Of a DNA stretch of 64,000 nucleotides, positions 49,552 to 59,859 are shown one piece after another. The position numbers and the translations under genes were made by a program. How positions within the stretch are numbered: the stretch's first letter is position 1; each line of letters starts with the position of its first letter. Location: positions 167,178 through 231,177 of the forward strand of contig CBDCZH010000019.1 in the NCBI GenBank assembly GCA_965224485.1, in the 5' to 3' direction. Below the pieces are notes generated by a model. That model was not told the origin of the DNA. It was given only the letters and a program-made list of their open reading frames with translations, and did not search any database. This DNA is from Arcobacteraceae bacterium. GTDB lineage: Bacteria; Campylobacterota; Campylobacteria; Campylobacterales; Arcobacteraceae.

Positions 49552-51075
49552 CTAATAATCTAAGGGATAAGATTTAGGAAGGATAATTTTATAATCATTA
49601 TGTAAATATTCATAAGTAAATTTTAATAAAATTTTATTAGAAAAAAGGTTTCCACATAAAATAATATTATCAATATTCTTCATCTCTTTTATTGTTTTAG
49701 AAATATAAAGACTTAATGATTTAAAAAAGATAAAAGCTATATCTTCATTTTTTAAATCTTGTAGTTTTAATGAAATTACATTTAATAATACTTCTCTAAA
49801 ATCTAAATAAGATTTGTTATTAACTGTAATAGTGTTTATTTCAAAACTAGATAGATCCTCATTTTTACACATCAAAGATAAATCATTGATATCTTTAAAG
49901 TTTTTTAAACCTAAAAGTAAAGCAAGATGATTAAGCATTGTTTTAAAAGAGTTTGAATTATTATCAAATTCTAAATGGGTGAAAAAACTTGGAAATTTTT
50001 CCTTATATTTGTTTATAAGTTCTTCTGATTGCTGGCAAGTTAAAGAGATTTTATCTAAATAGTGTAAAAAGTTATTTTTAATATTTGGTATTTTTATTAG
50101 ATCTAATATATCTTTGTCTTTTTTAACTTTAAACGCAGATTCTTTAGAATCAATAGAGAAATAAACACCTATAAAGTTCTTGTCTTTATTATAATGTTTT
50201 TCTAAAATAGAGTTAAAGACACCTTTATTTGCATCAAAATAATTTTTTGCAGAATAATATTTTTCATTTGTCACATAATCAATTTTAGGAAATAAGCCCT
50301 TATCTCCGTTAATTATAATATTCTGATTATTAAAAGAAATTACTTTTAAAGCATTTTGGTATATTTCATCTGCAACATACATAAGATAAAATATTTCTTC
50401 ATTATTCAAAGCATTTGCAAATAATACAGTTTCTTTATCATCTGCAATTTTTACATATATATAATCTGTATTAGAATATTTACTATTTTTATTTGCTGTT
50501 TTTTTTAATCGTACCTTTACTAAAGGTCTTTCAATAGTACAAATAAGTTCTTTATCTTCTTCACTTATATCTAAAATTTGTGAGACTTTACTTATATTTG
50601 TTATTAATAATCTAACTTTATGGCCTCTTAGCTCAAAATCTTTTTTATGTCTAAGTGAGGGTAAAAAGATATTTTTTAAACCATTGCTTGTCTCTAACCT
50701 TGAGATTCCACCATCTTTTATCTTATTTATATCATTAAAAAAATCTATTTTAGAGTTTTTTATTAAAGCATTTATCTCATCATTTGTAAATAAAGATAAA
50801 TTAATTTTTACATCATAAGAAACTAATTCTTCTAAGTTTTTATCATAAGAATCAATAACTTCAACTTTTCCTAAAAAAATAGATAAAGGAAGTTTTCTTT
50901 CCATAAAAGTAAAAAAAGTCTCTATTTTTTCTTTCTTGTCATCAAAGATGATTAGAACAAAATCAATGTATTGCTTACACTTAGCTTTAACATTAAATTC
51001 ACTTATTAAAGAAGTGATAATATCTTTATAATAAGAGTTTGTTGTATTAAATTCAATTTTATATAATAATTTCAT
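49552..51075 (-). CDS. Second HydE/HypF-like degenerate paralogue
   Basis: LPLSIFL, ICTIERP and C-terminal LCGNLF..YPLDY parallel the motifs of 43362-45056. Confidence 0.55.
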   Translation of the reverse strand: MKLLYKIEFNTTNSYYKDIITSLISEFNVKAKCKQYIDFVLIIFDDKKEKIETFFTFMERKLPLSIFLGKVEVIDSYDKNLEELVSYDVKINLSLFTNDEINALIKNSKIDFFNDINKIKDGGISRLETSNGLKNIFLPSLRHKKDFELRGHKVRLLITNISKVSQILDISEEDKELICTIERPLVKVRLKKTANKNSKYSNTDYIYVKIADDKETVLFANALNNEEIFYLMYVADEIYQNALKVISFNNQNIIINGDKGLFPKIDYVTNEKYYSAKNYFDANKGVFNSILEKHYNKDKNFIGVYFSIDSKESAFKVKKDKDILDLIKIPNIKNNFLHYLDKISLTCQQSEELINKYKEKFPSFFTHLEFDNNSNSFKTMLNHLALLLGLKNFKDINDLSLMCKNEDLSSFEINTITVNNKSYLDFREVLLNVISLKLQDLKNEDIAFIFFKSLSLYISKTIKEMKNIDNIILCGNLFSNKILLKFTYEYLHNDYKIILPKSYPLDY

Positions 51076-51086
51076 ATTAACTCCAT

Positions 51087-51106
51087 TTTTGAATATGTAT
51101 TCAAAA
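51087..51106. promoter_or_regulatory. Putative TetR operator
   Basis: ttttgaata-tg-tattcaaaa palindrome next to the RBS. Confidence 0.6.
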
Positions 51107-51193
51107 TACTAAAATAAACTTTTACTTGTTATTAAAGTAAAACAAATTATAAATTTATTTTACGTATTTTAGAACTATTAAGTAAACCTAATA

Positions 51194-52549
51194 TTAATGA
51201 GTAGTACAAACAGAACAAACATCAAAACTTCTAAGAATTAAAGTAGCTTCTTCTAAAGAGTTTGAACCAATAATTGCTTTTTGAGCAATACCTTGATCTC
51301 TTAATGTGCCTTGTCCTAAATTCCAAACCGTTGGTGTGATAATATCATAAGAATAAATAAGACCATGTTTAATCTCTATTTCATGAACTAAAGAACCTCT
51401 ACAAGCTTCAACACAAGAAGAAGCTTTTGCATAATCTATATTTTTAAGACTAATCTTTGGTTCGATAAATGATTCTTCACTAATATTAATTTTAGAAATC
51501 AAATCTTTTGAATAATTTAAAAGATGTGCTAATTCATCAACTCTAGCCATAACTCTTGTAAAAATACTATCATTATACTGTTTATGAATATCAGTAATAA
51601 ATTCTCTTCTTGACACTAGTGCTCTTGATAAAGGCCCTACTTCAAAAAAGCTTTCATCGTATTTAACTGCTTTTGCCCAGGTATGTTTTTTTAATAACTG
51701 TTTATCTTTATTTACATCAAATGTAAAATCATCACTCTCTTTTATTAATGACATATTTATATCTTGTAACTTTTTATCTTTTAATAAACCTGCTTTATTG
51801 TTTAAACTTGAAGATAGAACTAAATGATTATCATATGACTTACCAAAAGTTTCTAAAGAATTTTCAAAAGAGATATCAATAAAATCTTTTAGCTCTTTTT
51901 TTAAGAAACTTAAAGAAGAGACAGAGTTAAAACTTAGATAAGTATCAAAAGAAACACCAGAGATACAGTCTTGAAAATACTTTACACATAAATCAAGATA
52001 ATTTTCCATTGTTATAATATCTAATAATGTAGGATCACTCATAACCCCACCTGGAACCATATATGAAGTATGTGGCCATTGTCCTGCAAAAACAGCTAAT
52101 GCTTTTATAACTTCACTAGCTTCTTTTTGTGCTCTTAACCAAGATTTGCCTTTAAACACCTCATAATTTAAATACTCTTTTTTAGAAAGTTTTGCAATGT
52201 CTGGCATTATAAACATATGAAACCATTTTATATGAGAATCAATAATTTCAATATTTAAACCTAGTTCTCTTAATATTTTTGCTTTATTAGTGATTGCTAG
52301 TTCAATATTTTCATTTTTATATATATTTTCTAAGGCTTTAACTGTTGCTAAAAGATGAGCTTGTCCACAAATTCCACAAATCCTTGGAGTATAAACTAAC
52401 GCATCTAAAATAGGCTTATTTTTTAAAATATATTCATATCCTCTAAAGTTTAAAAAATCTATTTTAGCATTTGAAACTTTTTTATTTTTCCAAGAGAGCC
52501 TAAGTCTGGCTTCACCTTCAATTCTCTCAATTATATCAACTGTTTTCAT
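51194..52549 (-). CDS. Cytoplasmic group 2 (2d-like) [NiFe]-hydrogenase large subunit
   Basis: RIEGEA, PRICGICGQAH and RSFDVCSVCTTH* with no C-terminal extension. Confidence 0.9.
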   Translation of the reverse strand: MKTVDIIERIEGEARLRLSWKNKKVSNAKIDFLNFRGYEYILKNKPILDALVYTPRICGICGQAHLLATVKALENIYKNENIELAITNKAKILRELGLNIEIIDSHIKWFHMFIMPDIAKLSKKEYLNYEVFKGKSWLRAQKEASEVIKALAVFAGQWPHTSYMVPGGVMSDPTLLDIITMENYLDLCVKYFQDCISGVSFDTYLSFNSVSSLSFLKKELKDFIDISFENSLETFGKSYDNHLVLSSSLNNKAGLLKDKKLQDINMSLIKESDDFTFDVNKDKQLLKKHTWAKAVKYDESFFEVGPLSRALVSRREFITDIHKQYNDSIFTRVMARVDELAHLLNYSKDLISKINISEESFIEPKISLKNIDYAKASSCVEACRGSLVHEIEIKHGLIYSYDIITPTVWNLGQGTLRDQGIAQKAIIGSNSLEEATLILRSFDVCSVCTTH

Positions 52550-52555
52550 ATCATC

Positions 52556-53440
52556 CTAACGTAAAAGCTTATTATTCAATCTTTGTATTTTAAATGTTTT
52601 AGCAACACCTGAAATAGATAGGTATGCTCTTTTTGAAATACCTAAAGGAGTTTCAAAGGGTATTCCTATATGTTTTTTTGTTTCAAGTAGATTTTCTCTT
52701 GGAAAATCAGGCTCAGTACAGCCAATGCAAGGCATTCCAGCTCTAGTTTTACTATTTACATCATTCCATAAAATCTTATTACAATTTGAGTGAGTCATAG
52801 GTCCTCTGCAGCCTTGAGAATAAAACAAACAGCCCTCTTTTTCTCCAAAACCTTTAGCTTCAACTTTCCACTCAAAATACTCATTTCTTGTACATCCATG
52901 ATGGGCTAAGTTTCCATATATTTCAAGTGGTCTATTTTCACTATCAAGGCTTATAAAACCTTGTTTTTTTAATGTAAATAATGTTTGTAAAAGCCATTCT
53001 GGATGAATAGGACAGCCAGTTAAATTAATAAGTTGATTTTTTAATTTGTATGTTTTTACTAAAGACTTATTTACTCCTTGTATTTTTAAACCTTCTTCAA
53101 ATTTTGCATGAACGCCCCCATAAGAAGCACAAGAACCAACAGCAATTACAAAGTTTGATTTTAATATTAGTTTATTTAAACACTCTTGTGCACTATAATC
53201 ACATAATTGAAAGAATTTTTTATCATTTGATATTGCTCCTTCTATTAGTAAAAAATCTATTTCTTCACTAGAATTTAAAATATCATTTAAAGAAATATTT
53301 ATACTTAAAGAGGGATGATAAACTAAATCAAAAGAGTTTAAAAAAAGCTCAAATCTATTTGAATTTGAGCTTAAAAAAGAGTGAGTATTTCCATTGCAGG
53401 TTATTGCTTGAAACCAAACAACTTTTGGTTTATGTGTCAT
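52556..53440 (-). CDS. Cytoplasmic group 2 [NiFe]-hydrogenase small subunit
   Basis: No Tat signal; TCNGNTHS, GCPIHP, HHGCTRNEY, GCRGP and CIGC. Confidence 0.9.
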   Translation of the reverse strand: MTHKPKVVWFQAITCNGNTHSFLSSNSNRFELFLNSFDLVYHPSLSINISLNDILNSSEEIDFLLIEGAISNDKKFFQLCDYSAQECLNKLILKSNFVIAVGSCASYGGVHAKFEEGLKIQGVNKSLVKTYKLKNQLINLTGCPIHPEWLLQTLFTLKKQGFISLDSENRPLEIYGNLAHHGCTRNEYFEWKVEAKGFGEKEGCLFYSQGCRGPMTHSNCNKILWNDVNSKTRAGMPCIGCTEPDFPRENLLETKKHIGIPFETPLGISKRAYLSISGVAKTFKIQRLNNKLLR

Positions 53441-54020
53441 TCTTTAAAGCTCTATAAATATTTTGGGCTATATCATCTGAGTATAATAAAATATCTTTTT
53501 CTAATACATTCTCACCAACTAAAAAAGCAAAACCACCTAAACTTCCCATAATCATGGAAAATGCAGAAAAGAAATCTTGTTCTCTAAATTCGCCCTTAGA
53601 AGCACCGTCATCTAGCAAAATCATTACTTCTGTAACAAAATCACCAACACATAAAAAACCTTCACAACCTTGAGAAAAAACTTCTCTATTTGATAAATAA
53701 ACTCTTAAAAAATATTCAATAACTTCAGGAGAATTTTTAATATTATAAAAATACCTTTTTGAAAATAAAAATATTTTTTCTTTCGAGCTAATATCCATAT
53801 TATTAACTTCTCTTAATTCAGCGGCTAAAATATTAGTTGAGTATTTAATAGCAAGCTTTGCTAATTCTTCTTTAGAAGAAAAATAGTTGTAAATATTACC
53901 AACACTCATTTTCATAGATTTTGCGATATCAGGAATTGTAGTATTGTAAAAACCCTTCTTTGCAAAAAGTTTTAACGAGTTTTGAATAATGTGATTTTTT
54001 TTTATTTCTTTATTAGACAT
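53430..54020 (-). CDS. TetR family transcriptional regulator
   Basis: LFAKKGFYNTTIPDIA..SVGNIYNYFSSKEEL HTH. Confidence 0.93.
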   Translation of the reverse strand: MSNKEIKKNHIIQNSLKLFAKKGFYNTTIPDIAKSMKMSVGNIYNYFSSKEELAKLAIKYSTNILAAELREVNNMDISSKEKIFLFSKRYFYNIKNSPEVIEYFLRVYLSNREVFSQGCEGFLCVGDFVTEVMILLDDGASKGEFREQDFFSAFSMIMGSLGGFAFLVGENVLEKDILLYSDDIAQNIYRALKNDT

Positions 54021-54237
54021 TCTTCTCCATTACAAAGGTAGTATATAAACTTATGTTATTACAATTAGTATTAATAATAATTGAATACTAGCACTTTAAA
54101 ATAATAAAAACTAATAGCATAAAAAATTCCACATTATCAATATTTTAAAATGTAACTAAACTGTAATAAATTTGAACTAATATTTCAATGATTAGTTTCG
54201 ATTGAAAGACAACTTTACTTGTAAACGAAAGGTTAAA

Positions 54238-55008
54238 ATGAATCCAAAAGAGAGACGAGCTTATATTTTAGAAAAAGTAAGACAAGAGAAAATAGCAACA
54301 ATTAGTGAATTAAGTAAAATATTTAATGTGAGTTTACAATCTATTAGAAAAGATGTTACATATTTATGTACTATTGGTTATTTAAGAAGAACGTATGGTG
54401 GCGTTGAAATGCCTAAAAGTAGAGAGAATATTTCATATGAAACAAGAAAAATAATTCACTATGATGAAAAGAATAAGATTGCGAAACTAATTGCAAAAGA
54501 GATACCAAATAACTCTTCTTTATTCTTTTCAATAGGAACAAGTCCAGAAATTGTTGCAAAAGAGTTACTAAATCATAAAAACTTAAAAATTTTTACTAAT
54601 AATATAAATGTTGCTTTAACTTGTTGCGATAATCCAACTTTTGAAATTACGTTAAATGGCGGAAAGCTTAGAAATAAAAATAGAGATATTTTAAATTCGG
54701 ATATAAGTAGTTTTTTTTCAAAATATAGTGTTGATTTTGGAATATTTGGAGTTGGTGCAATAGAAGAAGATGGTTCACTACTTGACTTTACAAATGAAGA
54801 AATTCTAGCAAGAGAAGCAATAAAAAAATATTCTAAGAAATCTTATTTACTTGCTGATAGTTCTAAATTTACAAGAAAAGCATATATAAGAAGTGGAAAT
54901 ATTTCAGATATAAATTCTTTTTTTTGTGATAAGAAACCTCCTCTTAATATTTGCAAAATATTAAAAGAAAATAACGTAAAACTTTTTTATAACAATAAAG
55001 AAAGATAA
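54238..55008 (+). CDS. DeoR/GlpR family regulator
   Basis: MNPKERR, VSLQSIRKD, RTYGG, IGTS and DSSKF; start refined to the ATG. Confidence 0.9.
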   Translation: MNPKERRAYILEKVRQEKIATISELSKIFNVSLQSIRKDVTYLCTIGYLRRTYGGVEMPKSRENISYETRKIIHYDEKNKIAKLIAKEIPNNSSLFFSIGTSPEIVAKELLNHKNLKIFTNNINVALTCCDNPTFEITLNGGKLRNKNRDILNSDISSFFSKYSVDFGIFGVGAIEEDGSLLDFTNEEILAREAIKKYSKKSYLLADSSKFTRKAYIRSGNISDINSFFCDKKPPLNICKILKENNVKLFYNNKER

Positions 55009-55012
55009 AACA

Positions 55013-56053
55013 ATGACACATATAGAATTGAAGAATATTACAAAAAGTTATTCAAATACTAAAATATTGCCTAATTTGAGTTTCAAAATAGAAAAAGAAA
55101 GTTTTACTGTTTTACTAGGGCCATCTGGTTGTGGTAAATCAACAACACTTAGGATTATTGCAGGATTAGAAGAGCCTAGTTCTGGACAAGTTTTTATAAA
55201 TGGTATTGATATTACAAAAGAGAAACCATCAAAAAGAGGTTTATCTATGGTTTTTCAGTCTTATGCTTTATTTCCTCATTTAGATATTAAAGAAAATATT
55301 TTATTTGGACTAAAAGTTAGAAAAGTTTCAAAGGAACAACAAAAAGAAAGATTAGAAAAAGTTAGTAAACTAGTCGGATTAGAAAACTTATTGCATAGAA
55401 AGCCATCTGAACTTTCAGGAGGTCAAAAACAAAGAGTAGCTTTAGCTAGAGCTTTTGTAGCAAAGAATGAGATTTGCCTTATGGATGAACCTTTATCAAA
55501 TCTTGATGCAAAGTTAAGACATGAGATGAGAATTGAAATAAAAAGATTACAAGAAAAACTTAAAATGACAGTTTTATATGTAACCCATGATCAAACAGAA
55601 GCTATGAGCATGGCAGATCAAGTAATATTATTAAATAAAGGAGATATAGAACAAGAAGGAACAGCAAAAGAATTATATGAAAAAGTTAAAACTATTTTTG
55701 TTGCAAAATTTATAGGAACACCACCTATGAATATTTTGAACTTTAAAAATTTAAAATTAATTTGTGAAAAAATTTACTCAAACCGTGTCACTACAGATAT
55801 TTCATATTTAGGCATTAGACCAGAAGATTTATTTATAGACAAGCAGGATGAAGGTATTCAAGGAGAAATTATATTCCAAGATTACCATGGAAGTGATACT
55901 ATTTTAGCACTAAAAATTAGAAATGAAACATCTCCTTTATTAGTAAGAATAAAAGGACATACACAATATTTTATTGGTGATAGGGTTTGGGTTAATTGGA
56001 ATGAAAAGAAAGCACACACTTTTAATTCATATGGAGAGAGAAGAGAAATCTAA
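55013..56053 (+). CDS. CUT1 ABC ATP-binding protein (UgpC/MalK-like)
   Basis: GPSGCGKS, VFQSYALFPH, LSGGQKQR and DEPLSNLDAKLR. Confidence 0.92.
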   Translation: MTHIELKNITKSYSNTKILPNLSFKIEKESFTVLLGPSGCGKSTTLRIIAGLEEPSSGQVFINGIDITKEKPSKRGLSMVFQSYALFPHLDIKENILFGLKVRKVSKEQQKERLEKVSKLVGLENLLHRKPSELSGGQKQRVALARAFVAKNEICLMDEPLSNLDAKLRHEMRIEIKRLQEKLKMTVLYVTHDQTEAMSMADQVILLNKGDIEQEGTAKELYEKVKTIFVAKFIGTPPMNILNFKNLKLICEKIYSNRVTTDISYLGIRPEDLFIDKQDEGIQGEIIFQDYHGSDTILALKIRNETSPLLVRIKGHTQYFIGDRVWVNWNEKKAHTFNSYGERREI

Positions 56054-56099
56054 TCTTTAATTTAAATCATATTTATGATTCTATTATTTAGGAAAGAAC

Positions 56100-57362
56100 A
56101 TGTTAAAACAAGTTAAAAAATCAGTTCTCTGTCTTCTATTACTAGTTGGAACATCTGCACTTGCGGAAAAAACCAAACTTACTATGTATTACCCCGTATC
56201 TGTTGGTGGGTCATTGACAAAAGTTGTTGATTCATTAGTTAAAGATTTTGAATTATTGAATCCAAATATTGATGTTGATGCTATTTATGCTGGGAATTAT
56301 AATGATGCAAGGAATAAATCCTTAACTGCTTTAAAAGCTGGTAAACCTGCACAATTAGCTGTTATGTTTTCAATTGATGTATATGATTTAATTGAACAAG
56401 ATGCAATTATTTCATTTTCTGATCTTGTTAAAAGCAAAGAAGATAAACAATGGCTTAAATCATTTTATCCAGCTTTGATGGAAAATGGTACAACATTAGG
56501 AAAAACTTGGGGTATTCCATTTCAAAGATCGACAATTGTAATGTACTATAATAAAGATGCTTTTAAAAAAGCTGGTTTAGACCCAGAAAAAGTACCAAGT
56601 ACATGGAAAGAATTAGTAACTATGGGTAAAAAATTAAAAACTGATAAACAATGGGGAGTAATGATACCATCAACGGGTTACCCTTATTGGATGTTTGGTG
56701 CTTTAGCAAAACAAAATAATCAAACGCTAATGAGTAAAGATGGAAAAACTACTTATTTTAACAACAAGAAAACAGTAGAAGCTTTAGAATATTGGAAAGA
56801 TTTATCACAAAAATATAATATCATGCCAAAAGGAACTATTGAATGGGGAACATTAAGAAAGAACTTTCTAGAAGAAAAAACAGCAATGATGTGGCATTCA
56901 ACAGGAAATCTTACAATTGTTAAGAAAAATGCTACATTTGATTTTGGTGTAGCTATGTTACCCGCTAGTTTGACAAGAGGAACACCAACGGGTGGAGGTA
57001 ATTTTTACATTTTCAAAGATACTAGTAAAAAAGAAAGAGATGCTTCACTTAAATTAATTAAATTTATGACAAGTCCTGAAAATTCTGCTAAATGGTCAAA
57101 ACAAACTGGTTATATTGGTATTTCAAAAGCTTCATATAATACAAAAACATTAAAACAGTATGTAGAAGAGTTTCCTCCTGCTAAAGTAGCTAGAGATCAA
57201 TTAAAATATGCAACAGCAGAATTATCAACTTATCAAACAGGAAGAGTTAGAAAAATACTTGATGATGCAATTCAAGCAGCTTTAACAAACAAAAAAACAG
57301 CAAAACAGGCACTTTTTGATGCTCAAAAACAAGCAACTAAGCTTTTAAAACCTTATAAGTAA
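56100..57362 (+). CDS. ABC substrate-binding protein (UgpB-like)
   Basis: Signal peptide; PFQRST, WHSTG and PTGGGN motifs. Confidence 0.85.
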   Translation: MLKQVKKSVLCLLLLVGTSALAEKTKLTMYYPVSVGGSLTKVVDSLVKDFELLNPNIDVDAIYAGNYNDARNKSLTALKAGKPAQLAVMFSIDVYDLIEQDAIISFSDLVKSKEDKQWLKSFYPALMENGTTLGKTWGIPFQRSTIVMYYNKDAFKKAGLDPEKVPSTWKELVTMGKKLKTDKQWGVMIPSTGYPYWMFGALAKQNNQTLMSKDGKTTYFNNKKTVEALEYWKDLSQKYNIMPKGTIEWGTLRKNFLEEKTAMMWHSTGNLTIVKKNATFDFGVAMLPASLTRGTPTGGGNFYIFKDTSKKERDASLKLIKFMTSPENSAKWSKQTGYIGISKASYNTKTLKQYVEEFPPAKVARDQLKYATAELSTYQTGRVRKILDDAIQAALTNKKTAKQALFDAQKQATKLLKPYK

Positions 57363-57376
57363 GATAAAGAATATTA

Positions 57377-58240
57377 ATGAAACAAATTCACGCTTGGTTA
57401 TTACTTTTACCTGCATTCTTATTATTAATTTTATTTACTCACTATCCAGTAGTAAGTACCTTATTTGATTCATTTTTTTCAAACCAAACAGTTATCAGAC
57501 CTAAAGTTTTTTTAGGTCTTGATAATTATACTATGCTATTAGAAGATCCAGTATTTATACAAACATTAAAAAACACCCTATATTTTGCATTAATTAGTGT
57601 TCCTTTATCTATTATATTATCTTTAATTATGTCATTATTTGTATTTAAAAAGATAAGAGGTAGGTCTTTTTTAAGATTAGCATATTTTACACCAACAATA
57701 TTACCAATGGTAGCAGTTGCGAATATATGGCTATTTTTTTATGCACCTGAAGTTGGTTTAATAAATCAAATATTAGTTTTTTTTGGATTCTCTCAACAAA
57801 ATTTTTTAGGAGATAGTAATACTGTTCTTGAATCACTCATTGTAATGACAGTATGGAAAGAGGCTGGCTTTTTTATGATTTTTTACCTTGCTGCTTTACA
57901 ATCATTGCCAAAAGAGCTAAATGAAGCAGCGCAAATAGAAGGTGCCTCATCTTGGAAAATATTTTGGAAAGTAACATTTCCATTACTTATGCCCACTACT
58001 TTTTTTATTTTAATAAATGCAATTCTAAACTCATTTAAATTAGTTGATCATTTATTTATTTTGACAAAAGGTGGACCAGATAATGCATCTAATCTACTTT
58101 TATATTATATTTATGAAGTTGCCTTTTCTTTTTTTGATTATGGTTATGCCTCTTCACTTACTATGGTCTTATTATTACTTTTATTAATAATTTCAATAAT
58201 TCAATTTGGTTTTCTAGAAAAGAAAATACATTATAAATAA
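57377..58240 (+). CDS. CUT1 ABC permease (UgpA-like)
   Basis: EAAQIEGA loop and TKGGP. Confidence 0.9.
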   Translation: MKQIHAWLLLLPAFLLLILFTHYPVVSTLFDSFFSNQTVIRPKVFLGLDNYTMLLEDPVFIQTLKNTLYFALISVPLSIILSLIMSLFVFKKIRGRSFLRLAYFTPTILPMVAVANIWLFFYAPEVGLINQILVFFGFSQQNFLGDSNTVLESLIVMTVWKEAGFFMIFYLAALQSLPKELNEAAQIEGASSWKIFWKVTFPLLMPTTFFILINAILNSFKLVDHLFILTKGGPDNASNLLLYYIYEVAFSFFDYGYASSLTMVLLLLLLIISIIQFGFLEKKIHYK

Positions 58241-58251
58241 GAGAGACATTT

Positions 58252-59049
58252 ATGAAAAGACTACAATTTATAAGTTCTTGGCTATTAGCAATACTATGGA
58301 TACTTCCTTTATTATATATCTTTTGGGCAGCTTTTCACTCTGAGTATTATGCAGTTAATTTTAATATCTTTGCACCTATTACTTTTAATAATTTTTCAAC
58401 TGTAATGCAACAAGCACCTTTTCTTCAATATATGTTAAATACAACAATATTAGTTACAATAATTTTGATATCTCAGTTAATTTTATGTACCTTAGCTGCA
58501 TATGCTTTTGCACGATATACATTTAGAGGAAAAAATACAGCATTTTTTCTTCTTTTAATTCAACTTATGATTGTACCAGAGATATTAATTATGCAAAACT
58601 ATAAAACACTTGCAATTTTAAATCTTACTGATAGTATATTTGGAATAGCCTTACCATATATGGCATCTGCTTTTGGAGTATTTTTACTAAGACAAACATT
58701 CAAAACAATACCTAAAGAGCTTGATGATGCAGCCAGGATTGAAGGTTGCTCTTCTTTAGGAGTACTAATTAAAGTTTACATACCTTTAGCAAAACCAACA
58801 TATTTAGCATATGCATTAGTATCTATAAGTTATCATTGGAATAATTTTTTATGGCCGTTAATTGTTTCTAATTCTCAAGATGTACGTCCTATTACAGTAG
58901 GTTTAGCAATATTTGCAGCACCTGAATCAGGAGTTCAATGGTCAATAATATCAGCAGCTACATTAATATCAATTGCACCATTATTATTAGCATTTTTGAT
59001 ATTTCAAAAACAATTTGTTAATTCATTTTTACATACAGGAATAAAATAA
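58252..59049 (+). CDS. CUT1 ABC permease (UgpE-like)
   Basis: DAARIEG and WNNFLWP. Confidence 0.9.
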   Translation: MKRLQFISSWLLAILWILPLLYIFWAAFHSEYYAVNFNIFAPITFNNFSTVMQQAPFLQYMLNTTILVTIILISQLILCTLAAYAFARYTFRGKNTAFFLLLIQLMIVPEILIMQNYKTLAILNLTDSIFGIALPYMASAFGVFLLRQTFKTIPKELDDAARIEGCSSLGVLIKVYIPLAKPTYLAYALVSISYHWNNFLWPLIVSNSQDVRPITVGLAIFAAPESGVQWSIISAATLISIAPLLLAFLIFQKQFVNSFLHTGIK

Positions 59050-59822
59050 TGTTAAAAGAACTAGAGAAAATAAACTTTATAATATTTGATTTAGATGGTG
59101 TTTTTTATAGAGGAGATCAGCCTTTACCAGGTATAAAAGAAATAATAAAATTTTTAGATTCTAAAAAAATCAATTACTGCTTCTTTACAAATAACTCTTC
59201 TTTTAATTTAAAACATTATAAGAATAAATTAAATAAATTTGGAATAAATATTTCAACTAAACAAATTATTAATACAAGTAAAATTATTAATAGTTATTTA
59301 TCATATAACAATATACAAAACATTTATGTATTAGGGAGTAAGAGTTTAAAAAAACTATTATATAAAGATAGAATCAAAAATAATAAGAACCCAGATTACA
59401 TAATATTAGGAATGAATAATGAAATTAAACTTAAGCATATATCAAAAGTTATAAATATTGCACACAAAGATTGTAAAATAATTGCAAGTAATCCAGATAA
59501 ATTAATTCCAGTTGAAAATTATTATGATTTAGAATGTGGAGTTTTAATTAATTTAATTGAAGAATTTACAGAACATAAAGTACTTACTCTTGGTAAACCA
59601 CATGTATATGGATTCAATTATATTTTTAAAGAATTTAACTTACAAAAAGATTCAACCCTTATGGTTGGTGATACTTATGAAACTGATATTGAAGGTGCTT
59701 TAACTAGTAAAATAAAAGCAGGATGGATAAATACAGGAAATAAATTAGCAAAAAATATTAAAAATAACAAGGATTTTTTTATTTTTGATTCTCTTTTTGA
59801 TTTAAAAAATAAATTATCTTAA
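59049..59822 (+). CDS. HAD-IIA phosphatase (NagD-like)
   Basis: FDLDGV, TNNS, NPD, GKP and VGD..TD. Confidence 0.9.
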   Translation: MLKELEKINFIIFDLDGVFYRGDQPLPGIKEIIKFLDSKKINYCFFTNNSSFNLKHYKNKLNKFGINISTKQIINTSKIINSYLSYNNIQNIYVLGSKSLKKLLYKDRIKNNKNPDYIILGMNNEIKLKHISKVINIAHKDCKIIASNPDKLIPVENYYDLECGVLINLIEEFTEHKVLTLGKPHVYGFNYIFKEFNLQKDSTLMVGDTYETDIEGALTSKIKAGWINTGNKLAKNIKNNKDFFIFDSLFDLKNKLS

Positions 59823-59849
59823 ATAAAGAGGATTTCTCCTCTTTATTTA
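59820..59849. terminator. Bidirectional terminator
   Basis: taaataaagagga-tttc-tcctctttattta between convergent genes. Confidence 0.8.
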
Positions 59850-59859
59850 AGAACAACTT

